NCBI GenBank assembly: GCA_964562175.1
Contig: CAZLRV010000001.1
Location: forward strand, 50,181-114,180
Origin: an uncultured Lachnospiraceae bacterium
Lineage (GTDB): Bacteria > Bacillota > Clostridia > Oscillospirales > CAG-272
Length of the DNA stretch: 64,000 nucleotides
Direction of reading: 5' to 3'
Part shown: positions 29,206-37,646 of the stretch, piece by piece
Numbering within the stretch: the first letter of the stretch is position 1
How the letters are laid out: each line of letters starts with the position of its first letter
The notes under the pieces: generated by a model
What the model was told of the DNA's origin: nothing
The model's input: the letters and a program-made list of their open reading frames with translations, nothing else
Databases searched by the model: none
Program-made: the position numbers and the translations under genes

Positions 29206-29856
29206 TTATTGAGGGATCTTAGCCCAGTCAGCCATAAACTTTTCAAGGCCGCTCTTTGTAAGAGGATGGTCAACCATCTGCATTATAACCTTGTAAGGAA
29301 CGGTGGCAACCTGAGCGCCTGCCTTTGCAAGCTCTATAACGTGAACGGGGTGACGGGTCGAAGCGGCAACGATCTGAGTATCAACGCCCTGAATTGCGAA
29401 CATATCAGCAATTTCGGCAACCAGATCCATACCGTTCCAGCCTATATCGTCAACTCTTCCGAGGAAGGGAGCAACGTATGTAGCGCCCGCATTCGAAGCG
29501 AGAAGTGCCTGAGCTGCGGAGAAGCAAAGCGTAACGCAAGTTCTGTAGCCCTTCTTGGAAAGACGGGAAACAGCCTTAAGACCCTCTGCACACATAGGAA
29601 TCTTGATTATCATATTCTCACGGAGTGCCTGGATCTTCTCTGCATCCTCGCACATACCGTCGGCATCCATTTGGATAACCTCACCGAATATAAGCGTTTC
29701 GGGAGAAACGATAGCGTCGATCTCCTTTATAGCATCTTCGAATTTCTTGCCCTCACGTGCAATGATGGAGGGGTTTGTCGTAACGCCTTCAACGATACCA
29801 AGTGCATAAGCCTTCTTGATCTCTTCTACATTGGCGGTATCAATAAAAATTTTCAT
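29206..29856 (-). CDS. fsa: Transaldolase / fructose-6-phosphate aldolase family protein
   Basis: MKIFIDTAN, GVTTNPS, IIKIP (Schiff-base Lys), YVAPFLGRVDD. Confidence 0.9.
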   Translation of the reverse strand: MKIFIDTANVEEIKKAYALGIVEGVTTNPSIIAREGKKFEDAIKEIDAIVSPETLIFGEVIQMDADGMCEDAEKIQALRENMIIKIPMCAEGLKAVSRLSKKGYRTCVTLCFSAAQALLASNAGATYVAPFLGRVDDIGWNGMDLVAEIADMFAIQGVDTQIVAASTRHPVHVIELAKAGAQVATVPYKVIMQMVDHPLTKSGLEKFMADWAKIPQ

Positions 29857-29888
29857 CGGATATACCTTTCAAATAATATATTTTATCG

Positions 29889-29916
29889 GTGAGATGAGCC
29901 GAGAGGCTCATCTCAC
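29889..29916. repeat. Perfect intergenic hairpin between the E1 gene and fsa
   Basis: GTGAGATGAGCC-GAGA-GGCTCATCTCAC; no U tract on the coding strand. Confidence 0.75.
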
Positions 29917-29930
29917 GTCATATTCGGGAA

Positions 29931-32399
29931 TTAAACGCCTCTCTTGTAACGGCGGATAAGCTCCTCGTTTGTGAAGTTGTTCTTAGGCGTATGACCTGCA
30001 AGGGGCATAAGCTTCTGATGGATAGCATCAAGTACCCAATCAACCTGCGGGAAGAATTCCTTATCATACTCGAATGCGGGTGTGATGAGGTTCTTTGCGC
30101 CTACTACAACGGGCGGAGCATCGAGGTAATCGAATGCAAGCGATGTGATGTTAGCCGCCATAGTCTCGGCAACACTGCCTCTCTCGCAAGCCTCGGTGAT
30201 AAGAACTATCTTACCGGTCTTCTTAACGGACTCGATAACCTTATCGTAGTTGAAAGGAACAACCGAACGTGCGTCTATAACCTCGGCACTTACGCCGTAC
30301 TTCTCTTCAAGAGCCTTAGCCGTATCCATAGCGGTGTACAGAGCAGAGCCGATGGTAAGTATCGTTACGTCGTTACCCGTTGTTCTGATAGCGGGCTCGC
30401 CGAACGGGATCTCATATGACTCCATGGGAACGCCGTCCTTCTGGAAGTACTCTGCCTTATCGTATATCTTCTGCGACTCGAAGAATACAACAGGGTCAGT
30501 GCCGTTAAGAGCAGTGGTCATAAGACCCTTAGCGTCGTAAGGTGTTACAGGGTAAACTACCTTAAGTCCGGGGATATGAGCGCAAAGTGCCGTCCAATCC
30601 TGGCTGTGCTGTGCGCCGTACTTGTTACCTACGGATACACGGAGAACTACAGGCATCTTAAGGTCGCCTGCGGTCATAGCCTGCCACTTAGCCATCTGGT
30701 TGAACACTTCATCACCTGCACAGCCCAAGAAGTCACAGTACATAAGCTCAACTATAACACGTCCGCCCGCCATACCGTATCCAACTGCCGTACCGCAGAT
30801 AGCCGACTCGGAAATAGGCGAGTTGAACAGTCTGTGATAAGGAAGTGCCTCGGTAAGACCTCTGTAAACTGCGAATGCGCCGTTCCAGCAACGAACATCC
30901 TCGCCGTATGCGATAAGGGTAGGATCGGTGTAGAACTTGTCGATGATGGCTTCGAAAATACCGTCACGGATATTGTAAGCCTTCATCTTGGAAACTTCCT
31001 TGCCGTTTGCATCATATGCGTAACGGATCTTGCCTCTTACCTTCTTTACGTTCTCGTTCTCGTCAAGGGGCTGGCAAACCTCGCACTCGCGGTCTTCCAT
31101 CTTAACGATCTTCTGCTCGGTGAACATCTTGTCCTCGAGGAATCTCGGATTCTTCTCGTAATCCGTGTAAGGAGCGATCTCTATATCGGATGCGAGCATG
31201 AACATTCTGTGGTTGCGGTCGATAACCGTATCGCGAACAGCGTCAACCTCTTCCTGAGTTGCAACACCTGCATCTACTATCTGCTTGGGGAATATCGTCA
31301 GAGGATCGAGCTTATGCCACTCTGCTTCCTCCTCGGGGGTTCTGTAGGACATAACGTCGGAGGTGGAGTGACCGCCAAGACGGTAGGTAACCACGTCAAG
31401 AAGAACGGGGCCCTTGCCCTCTTTGAGCAGCTTCATCTTACGTCTGTAAGCATCGATAACCGCAAGAGGATTCCAACCGTTTATTCTTTCCGCATTCATC
31501 TGGTTCTGTGCGATGCAGCCGAGTCTTGCGAGATCGCCGTAAGCCATTGTCTCGCCTCTGGTCTGACCGCCCATACCGTAATGGTTGTTGTTGAAGTTGA
31601 AGATTATGGGCAGACCGCCTTTGTAGCCGTCCTCCCAAAGCTCGTTGAACTGATCCATTGCGGCAAAGTTCATGCTCTCGAATACGGGGCCTCTGCCGGC
31701 TGCGCCGTCGCCTGCGTTAGCTACAACGATACCGGGCTTCTTATTGCACTTCTTGAACAGTGCAACACCTGTTGCAATGGGGCCTGCACCGCCAACTATT
31801 GCGTTGTTGGGGTAGATACCGAAGGGCAGGAAGAATGCGTGCATTGAGCCGCCCAGACCTCTTGAGAAGCCCATATCCTTTGCGAACAGCTCGCACATCA
31901 AGCCGTACATAAAGTAATCCTTAGCCAGCTCCTTAACGGTCTTTGCGTTGGAATACTTTTTAACTACGGCGTAAACAGCACCCTCATGGTAGTTTTCCAT
32001 AATATTGGTAAGCTCTTCGTCGGAAAGCTTCTTTATGGCGGACATAGCCTTAGCTATAACCTCGTGGTGGCTTCTGTGTGTACCGAATATGAAATCGTCA
32101 ACACCCAGCTCGTAAGCCTGACCTACTGCCGTAGCTTCCTCACCGAGTCCGAGGTGGGAAGGACCGGGGTATGTAAACTTCTTGCCGTTGTATTCACCCT
32201 TCTTTTTGATATCCATAAGCATGGACTCAAATTCACGAATTGCGACCATATCGGCATACATTCCGAGAAAATCTTCTTTTGAGAAGTTGTCTTTCTCGTC
32301 TGCTACTGTTTTGTTGTACTCGCAAACGGGAATATCGTTAAGCTTGATCGTGCGTTTTTCAAAGCTTTTCGCAGGATCCACGAACATTGACTTTGGCAT
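29931..32399 (-). CDS. Fused alpha/beta E1 component of a 2-oxoacid/acetoin dehydrogenase-type complex (TPP-dependent)
   Basis: THRSHH, GGSMH, GDGA...NNN TPP motif, GHSTSD; beta part YGEDV, SPISESAI, GAQHSQ; start moved to MPKSM. Confidence 0.9.
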   Translation of the reverse strand: MPKSMFVDPAKSFEKRTIKLNDIPVCEYNKTVADEKDNFSKEDFLGMYADMVAIREFESMLMDIKKKGEYNGKKFTYPGPSHLGLGEEATAVGQAYELGVDDFIFGTHRSHHEVIAKAMSAIKKLSDEELTNIMENYHEGAVYAVVKKYSNAKTVKELAKDYFMYGLMCELFAKDMGFSRGLGGSMHAFFLPFGIYPNNAIVGGAGPIATGVALFKKCNKKPGIVVANAGDGAAGRGPVFESMNFAAMDQFNELWEDGYKGGLPIIFNFNNNHYGMGGQTRGETMAYGDLARLGCIAQNQMNAERINGWNPLAVIDAYRRKMKLLKEGKGPVLLDVVTYRLGGHSTSDVMSYRTPEEEAEWHKLDPLTIFPKQIVDAGVATQEEVDAVRDTVIDRNHRMFMLASDIEIAPYTDYEKNPRFLEDKMFTEQKIVKMEDRECEVCQPLDENENVKKVRGKIRYAYDANGKEVSKMKAYNIRDGIFEAIIDKFYTDPTLIAYGEDVRCWNGAFAVYRGLTEALPYHRLFNSPISESAICGTAVGYGMAGGRVIVELMYCDFLGCAGDEVFNQMAKWQAMTAGDLKMPVVLRVSVGNKYGAQHSQDWTALCAHIPGLKVVYPVTPYDAKGLMTTALNGTDPVVFFESQKIYDKAEYFQKDGVPMESYEIPFGEPAIRTTGNDVTILTIGSALYTAMDTAKALEEKYGVSAEVIDARSVVPFNYDKVIESVKKTGKIVLITEACERGSVAETMAANITSLAFDYLDAPPVVVGAKNLITPAFEYDKEFFPQVDWVLDAIHQKLMPLAGHTPKNNFTNEELIRRYKRGV

Positions 32400-32428
32400 T
32401 GTTTTATATCTCCTAAAATTTATTTTTC

Positions 32429-33802
32429 TTATTTGATCTCGAAAAGTGCTTCTCTGATGACCTCGCATACGGTAGGATGCGGGAATACTATTTCCTTGAG
32501 GTTATCAACGGTCATTTCGGTCTCTATCATAGCCGCCGCACCGTAGATAAGCTCTGCCGCATAGTTGGCTATCATATGAACGCCGAGTACTCTCTTGTAC
32601 TTCTTGTCAACGATGACCTTGCATATACCGTCTCCGCCCTCGTTTTCGGCAACGTAACGTCCGCTGTATCTCATCGTCAGCTTGGCTATCTCAACATCAA
32701 GACCCTTCGCCTTGGCACTTTCCTCGGTCTCGCCGACAGAGCCTACCTCGGGATTGGTGTAGATAACGGAAGGAATTGCATGATATCTCATCGTATCCTT
32801 CTTGCCGAGCATCGTATTAACAGCTACCTCACCCTCACGGTAAGCCGTGTGAGCAAGCATTATCTTGCCGTTGATATCGCCTGCGGCGTAAAGTCCGGCG
32901 ATGTTGGTTCTCATCTGGTCGTCTGTAACAACGGCGCCTCTCTCCATGTAAACATTGAGGTTCTCAAGGCCGTAGCCTGTCGTAACCGCACGTCTGCCCA
33001 TGGAGCAAAGTACCTTGTCTGCCTTTACCGTAACGGGCTTGCCCGTCTCGTCCTCGTAGCTTACGCTGTCGGCTCCGACACTTGTAACCTTGCACTTGAG
33101 GCAGAAAGTAATACCCTTGTCTTTGTAGTTTTTAAGCAATATCTTGGAAATATCACCGTCTGTGGGTCCGGCGATATGATCGAGCATCTCTATTACGGTT
33201 ACATGTGAGCCTACCGAATTGTAGTACGATGCCATTTCAAGTCCGATAACGCCGCCGCCGAGTATAACAAGCTCTGCGGGTATCTCCTCAAGATCGAGTA
33301 CCTCTTTGTTCGTCATAACGAAGCCGGAGGCAACGCCCTCTCTCAAGCCGGGTATCGGAGGTACGGAGGGAGCAGAACCTGTGCAAAGAAGCATCTGCGA
33401 ACCGCAATATACTTCATCTCCGACCTTAACCTTAAAGCCGTCGGAGTCACGTCCCTCTATCATTCCCTCGCCGATAACTACCTTAACGCCGGCACCCTTT
33501 TCCTGTGCGGCGATACCGGATACGAGAGTCTTTATAACCTTATTTTTTCTTGCAACTACAGCCTTTTGGTCAATAGATGCCGAGGAAACGGTCACACCGT
33601 AGGTCGATGCGTGCTTTGCGTAATCATAGACCTTAGCCGAGTAAAGCAGAGCCTTGGAGGGCACACAACCCTCGTTGAGGCAAACACCGCCCAACGCTCT
33701 TTTTTCAATAAGCACGGTCTTAAGACCGCCTGCGGATGCACGGAGAGCCGCATTATAGCCCGCCGGGCCGCCGCCGAGAATGACAAGATCGAATTTTTCC
33801 AT
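32429..33802 (-). CDS. lpdA: Dihydrolipoyl dehydrogenase (E3)
   Basis: GGGPAGY, GGVCLNEGCVPSK redox disulfide, HPTVCE. Confidence 0.95.
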   Translation of the reverse strand: MEKFDLVILGGGPAGYNAALRASAGGLKTVLIEKRALGGVCLNEGCVPSKALLYSAKVYDYAKHASTYGVTVSSASIDQKAVVARKNKVIKTLVSGIAAQEKGAGVKVVIGEGMIEGRDSDGFKVKVGDEVYCGSQMLLCTGSAPSVPPIPGLREGVASGFVMTNKEVLDLEEIPAELVILGGGVIGLEMASYYNSVGSHVTVIEMLDHIAGPTDGDISKILLKNYKDKGITFCLKCKVTSVGADSVSYEDETGKPVTVKADKVLCSMGRRAVTTGYGLENLNVYMERGAVVTDDQMRTNIAGLYAAGDINGKIMLAHTAYREGEVAVNTMLGKKDTMRYHAIPSVIYTNPEVGSVGETEESAKAKGLDVEIAKLTMRYSGRYVAENEGGDGICKVIVDKKYKRVLGVHMIANYAAELIYGAAAMIETEMTVDNLKEIVFPHPTVCEVIREALFEIK

Positions 33803-33814
33803 TATTTACACCTC

Positions 33815-35155
33815 TTATTTGCTGAGTGCAACGGTGAAGTTTTCAAGAGTAGCACACAGATCCTTAAGGAATTTTGATGCGGGAGCGCCGTCAACGGCTC
33901 TGTGGTCGTATGTAAGCGACAGTGCCATGGACTGGTAGGGCTTCATCTCGCCGTCAACCACCTTGACCTTCGTCGTAATGGTATTTACGCCGAGTATGCC
34001 TGTTTGCGGGGGATTGATAACGGGCGTGAAGTTCTCGATACCGAACGAACCGAGGTTGGATATCGTAAACGAAGCACCCTTAAGCTTATCGGGAGATATC
34101 GAACCACCCTGGCAAGCCTTTGCAAGCTCTTTTGCTTCCTTGGATATTTGAGCGAGCGACTTCTTGTCCGCATTCATTATCGTGGGAACCATCAAGCCCC
34201 TCTCTGTATCAACCGCAACACCGATATGTACGCCGTTGAACTTACGAAGCACATCGCCCTCAAGCAAGTGAGCGTTGAGATTTGCGTGTTCGGGCTTTGC
34301 AAGCACTCTTGATACCGCATAGATTATGATATCGTTGAGCGTGATATTGGGAAGTCCCATAGCCTCGGCGTTTGCCTTGAGCTTCTTACGGTAAGACATT
34401 ATCTCGCCTGCATCGAACGACGTTGTATTTGTAAGCTGTGCCATGGATGACAGCGAATGGAGCATATTCTTTGCGATAGCACGACGGATACCGGACATCT
34501 TCTCGTCGGTATATTCGGGTGCTACCTCTGCCGCTGCTGCGGGAGCCTGTGCGGGAGCCTTGGGAGCGTTGATATCGGCAACGGAGAACTTGCCTCCGAT
34601 ACCCGTACCGCCGTTTCCGTTGAATGCACCTGCCGCCGCAAATGTAGCACTGGGGCCGTTTGCGATAAGCTCTCTTACGTCAGCCTCAACGACTCTGCCC
34701 TCTGCACCGGTGGGAGCTGCGTATTTGTAATCTACGCCCGCCTTCTTTGCAAGTGCTTTTGCTCTGGGGGATGCCTTAACGAAGCCCGTGGGGTCTGCCA
34801 CTGCCGTAGGCTCAGCCTTGGGAGCCGCTACGACTGCCTCTGCCTTGGGAGCCTCCGCTGCTGCGGGTGCCTCCTCTGCCGCCGCACCTGCGGGTGCGAA
34901 CTCGGCTGTGGACTCGCCCTCGTTACCAATGACCGCTATATTGGTCATAACGGGGATCTCGCTTCCCTCTTCGAAAAATACTTCTATAAGAGTGCCTGTT
35001 GCGGGAGCGGCTTCATCTGTCGTGGTCTTGTCCGTTTCGTAAGTGAAAAGGACTTCACCCTCATTGACATGCTCTCCCTTTTTCTTATGCCACTCGGTAA
35101 GAATACAGCTTTCGACCGATATACCTACGTTTGGCATTTGTACGGGTGTTGCCAT
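33815..35155 (-). CDS. Dihydrolipoamide acyltransferase (E2)
   Basis: Lipoyl domain YETDKTT, Ala/Pro linker, ASPRAK subunit-binding domain, catalytic DHRAVDG. Confidence 0.93.
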   Translation of the reverse strand: MATPVQMPNVGISVESCILTEWHKKKGEHVNEGEVLFTYETDKTTTDEAAPATGTLIEVFFEEGSEIPVMTNIAVIGNEGESTAEFAPAGAAAEEAPAAAEAPKAEAVVAAPKAEPTAVADPTGFVKASPRAKALAKKAGVDYKYAAPTGAEGRVVEADVRELIANGPSATFAAAGAFNGNGGTGIGGKFSVADINAPKAPAQAPAAAAEVAPEYTDEKMSGIRRAIAKNMLHSLSSMAQLTNTTSFDAGEIMSYRKKLKANAEAMGLPNITLNDIIIYAVSRVLAKPEHANLNAHLLEGDVLRKFNGVHIGVAVDTERGLMVPTIMNADKKSLAQISKEAKELAKACQGGSISPDKLKGASFTISNLGSFGIENFTPVINPPQTGILGVNTITTKVKVVDGEMKPYQSMALSLTYDHRAVDGAPASKFLKDLCATLENFTVALSK

Positions 35156-35335
35156 TTGATCGTTCCTCCTATTTTTGCACGGGACAATATCTTGCCCTCA
35201 TTGCGTTAATTTTTTTCAATCATACCTATAATATACCATAACGCCGCTTTTGTCAAGCGGCGTTATGTAAAAAATTATATTTATTTGAGTGAAATATTTT
35301 AATAATATGCCTTATCGGGCGAAAAATATCCGAAT

Positions 35336-36124
35336 CTATACCTTTTTTGCAATTCCGTAGCTTGAGATGAGCCGGTTGCATTCATCCGTGTGAAATACCG
35401 TGTCGCAATACTCACATTTTCCCGCCGCACCGTCAAGGCTCGCACCGCACCGCGGACATTGCGTCATATCGACATCGACTTCGCCACAGGCTTTTGTGAA
35501 CGTTAGCTTATATAAACGCTCGATCGTCTGCTCAGCCGTGCCGGATATCACGCCTCCGCTTATATCGTCTGTCATATATTCAAGCAGTCGTGCGGCAATA
35601 TTCAAGGTCAAATACTCCGTGCCGTCGGATATGTAATAATCGATATAGCTTACGCCGCACATCTCGGCTTTTTCGTAATGCATCGTCCTTTTCTTTTTGC
35701 GATGAGCTGTGACAGATGCTCGCAGTGCCTTCTCGTAAGATGCGCTTATATAAGGCTCGGCAAGCGATACGTCCCTTTCGGTTATGCTTCTTTGTACGGC
35801 TGTCATCGCAGATACCGCATAGGCGGCAAAATCATTTTCGTCAAATAATATATCGTTTTCTTTCACAGAGGCTATAATGTCAAGCTCACGCTCTCGCCGA
35901 GCAGACTCATCCTCTCCGCTCTTGTTTATTAAGCTTTTGACAGTCCGATACAGCAAATAGCCGAAAACGATCAAAAAGCCGAGCGGAAAACGTGCAATGC
36001 CCCGAAGTCGAATATTGACGGGGAAGCTTGAAAAGATACTGCCGTATCTTAAAATATCGAATGCGACACTCAAAGCGATGACAATAACGACAATGATAAC
36101 GATACGTTTAAATATTTTATTCAT
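35336..36124 (-). CDS. Membrane protein with Tim44-like domain and C-terminal zinc ribbon
   Basis: Two N-terminal TM segments; FDENDF...VQRS and EYMTDD..G.VISG region; CPRCGA...CEYCD. Confidence 0.7.
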   Translation of the reverse strand: MNKIFKRIVIIVVIVIALSVAFDILRYGSIFSSFPVNIRLRGIARFPLGFLIVFGYLLYRTVKSLINKSGEDESARRERELDIIASVKENDILFDENDFAAYAVSAMTAVQRSITERDVSLAEPYISASYEKALRASVTAHRKKKRTMHYEKAEMCGVSYIDYYISDGTEYLTLNIAARLLEYMTDDISGGVISGTAEQTIERLYKLTFTKACGEVDVDMTQCPRCGASLDGAAGKCEYCDTVFHTDECNRLISSYGIAKKV

Positions 36125-36141
36125 CTACCGCAATAAAAAAA

Positions 36142-36348
36142 CAAAACCCCACCGAGCCGTGTGAACGAGCATTGAGAAACCCTGCGATGGCAGGTCGGTG
36201 TCCTCTCCGTTACTTTGTGCTACCAACGTCCCCGAAGCACCATATAGATGAAACGGGGGAGGTCTGCATTCCCATAAACGGAAGCCCGGACTCCTTGGTT
36301 CTCTTGTGGGTTTTAACACCCGAACATCACTAACTAAGCAGGAATTTT
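36142..36348 (-). ncRNA. ssrS: Probable 6S RNA
   Basis: About 200-nt rod with complementary ends; GATGTTCG near the 5' end, GAGAACC/GGTTTCTC pairing, and ACACCGACCTGC..GCAGGGTT resembling the Firmicute 6S 3' motif. Confidence 0.7.
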
Positions 36349-36360
36349 ATTTTTTGCAAA

Positions 36361-36666
36361 TTACTCCTCGTCGTCTCCGTCGTAATCTATCTCGGAGAAA
36401 AGCTCATCCTCGAAAATGTCCGCAACCGCATCAAACTCGTCGTCGTCATCAACCGTAACGTACGTGTCTTCGCCGTCCTCGCCCGTCTCAAGCTTCAAAA
36501 CGGTGTACTCTATCTCCTCACCGTTCTTCTTGTCCTGTTGTTCGGGGATGACCGCAAAATACGTTGCCCCATTATATTCACACGAGCCGGCAAAACGGAA
36601 TTCCACCTCGTTACCGTCCTCATCCGTCATCGTATATATCTCATCATCGAACAATTCCATACTCAC
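36361..36666 (-). CDS. DUF1292-family acidic protein
   Basis: IYTMTDEDGNEVEF, YVTVDDDDEFDAVADIF. Confidence 0.85.
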   Translation of the reverse strand: MSMELFDDEIYTMTDEDGNEVEFRFAGSCEYNGATYFAVIPEQQDKKNGEEIEYTVLKLETGEDGEDTYVTVDDDDEFDAVADIFEDELFSEIDYDGDDEE

Positions 36667-36696
36667 AAAATCTTATCCTTTCTCTGTGCTGTCTAT

Positions 36697-36725
36697 ATTC
36701 TATATTATTTTATGCGATTTGTCAA
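36697..36725 (-). promoter_or_regulatory. SigA promoter for DUF1292 (and probably the 6S RNA)
   Basis: TTGACA-N17-TAGAAT. Confidence 0.65.
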
Positions 36726-36762
36726 GTATCATTCCGATAATTTTATGTAATTTGTAAGATAT

Positions 36763-36840
36763 TTTTCCACCGAAAATGTGGAAAACCCTGTGGAAAATGT
36801 GGATAACTCCTGCATCTGCACGCTTTTGCCCTGTGGAAAA
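36763..36840. promoter_or_regulatory. DnaA-box cluster
   Basis: One consensus TGTGGATAA (36798-36806), three TGTGGAAAA (36777, 36789, 36832) and an inverted TTTTCCACC (36763). Confidence 0.7.
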
Positions 36841-36875
36841 GTGTCACCTCACCTCACAAAAAAAGTTTTTTGAAA

Positions 36876-37313
36876 TTATAATGTCATCGTTATTATCTCA
36901 TAGCCGATAAATATATTCAAAACGAGCATGACCCATATAAAAGCGGATTTACGACCGCTCTTCGGCTTTTGTGCCGTTATATTCAATATCACACTCACGA
37001 TACACGCCAAGCCGAGCAATACAAACAATGCGGCTTTTATATTATCCGGTATGACCGACTCATATACCCGCCCCTTCCAACCTTTGAAGAACTCTCTTTC
37101 TTCTCTCGGCGAAAGCATACTCAGGATAAACAACACCGGTGAAGTTACGCCGGAAATGCCGAATGCCCAACTCTGCCTGATATTCCTCTTGCCATTATCG
37201 CTTGGTTGCCCACCGGTCGATACGGGAGATGTGTCGCCGTTCTGATTTGCACCGCAATGAATACAAAATGCGGCATCGTTCTGCAATTCTTTTCCGCAAT
37301 TTCTGCAATACAT
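36876..37313 (-). CDS. Zinc-ribbon membrane protein
   Basis: MYCRNCGKEL..DAAFCIHCGA plus three TM segments; GGAAGGAG RBS. Confidence 0.8.
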   Translation of the reverse strand: MYCRNCGKELQNDAAFCIHCGANQNGDTSPVSTGGQPSDNGKRNIRQSWAFGISGVTSPVLFILSMLSPREEREFFKGWKGRVYESVIPDNIKAALFVLLGLACIVSVILNITAQKPKSGRKSAFIWVMLVLNIFIGYEIITMTL

Positions 37314-37332
37314 ATTTTCTCCTTCCGTTTGC

Positions 37333-37365
37333 AAAAAAATGTGTGCAAAGAAGCTTGCACACATT
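37333..37365 (-). terminator. Intrinsic terminator in the leader of the zinc-ribbon gene
   Basis: AATGTGTGCAA-6 nt-TTGCACACATT followed by a T run, ending about 20 nt before the start codon. Confidence 0.7.
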
Positions 37366-37386
37366 GCAAATGCAAACTCCTATGCC

Positions 37387-37537
37387 GCTACGCAAACTTA
37401 AACGGAAGGCTCTATACCATTTGATAGAATACAGTTTAAGGGAATCTGCTTTTTGCCAAATTCATAACTGCATAGCCAAAAAACGATATATTTACATTGC
37501 AACACACCGAGCCTTTTTATTATTAAGTTTGCGTAGC
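37387..37537. repeat. 15-bp perfect inverted repeat enclosing 121 bp (candidate structured RNA or MITE-like element)
   Basis: GCTACGCAAACTTAA (37387-37401) and TTAAGTTTGCGTAGC (37523-37537), plus inner AAGGCTC/GAGCCTT. Confidence 0.8.
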
Positions 37538-37646
37538 ATTGTTATTATAACACATTCAACGAAACATTTTAATAGTTTTACCTCGTTTTTTCCAAAAAAA
37601 AGAGATGCATAGCGCACCTCTTTATACAGCTGTAAATTGTAATATA

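Noticed and set aside
30576-31847. 423-aa plus-strand ORF and other long ORFs antisense to E1/E2/E3/fsa
   Set aside because: Shadows expected from strong codon bias in the real minus-strand genes
36125-36319. 64-aa minus-strand ORF
   Set aside because: Coincides with the probable 6S RNA and lacks an RBS
36763-36840. DnaA boxes as oriC
   Set aside because: No dnaA, dnaN, rpmH or gidA nearby and no switch in dominant gene orientation; kept only as a box cluster
37387-37537. Terminal inverted repeats as a retron msr-msd
   Set aside because: No reverse transcriptase in the window
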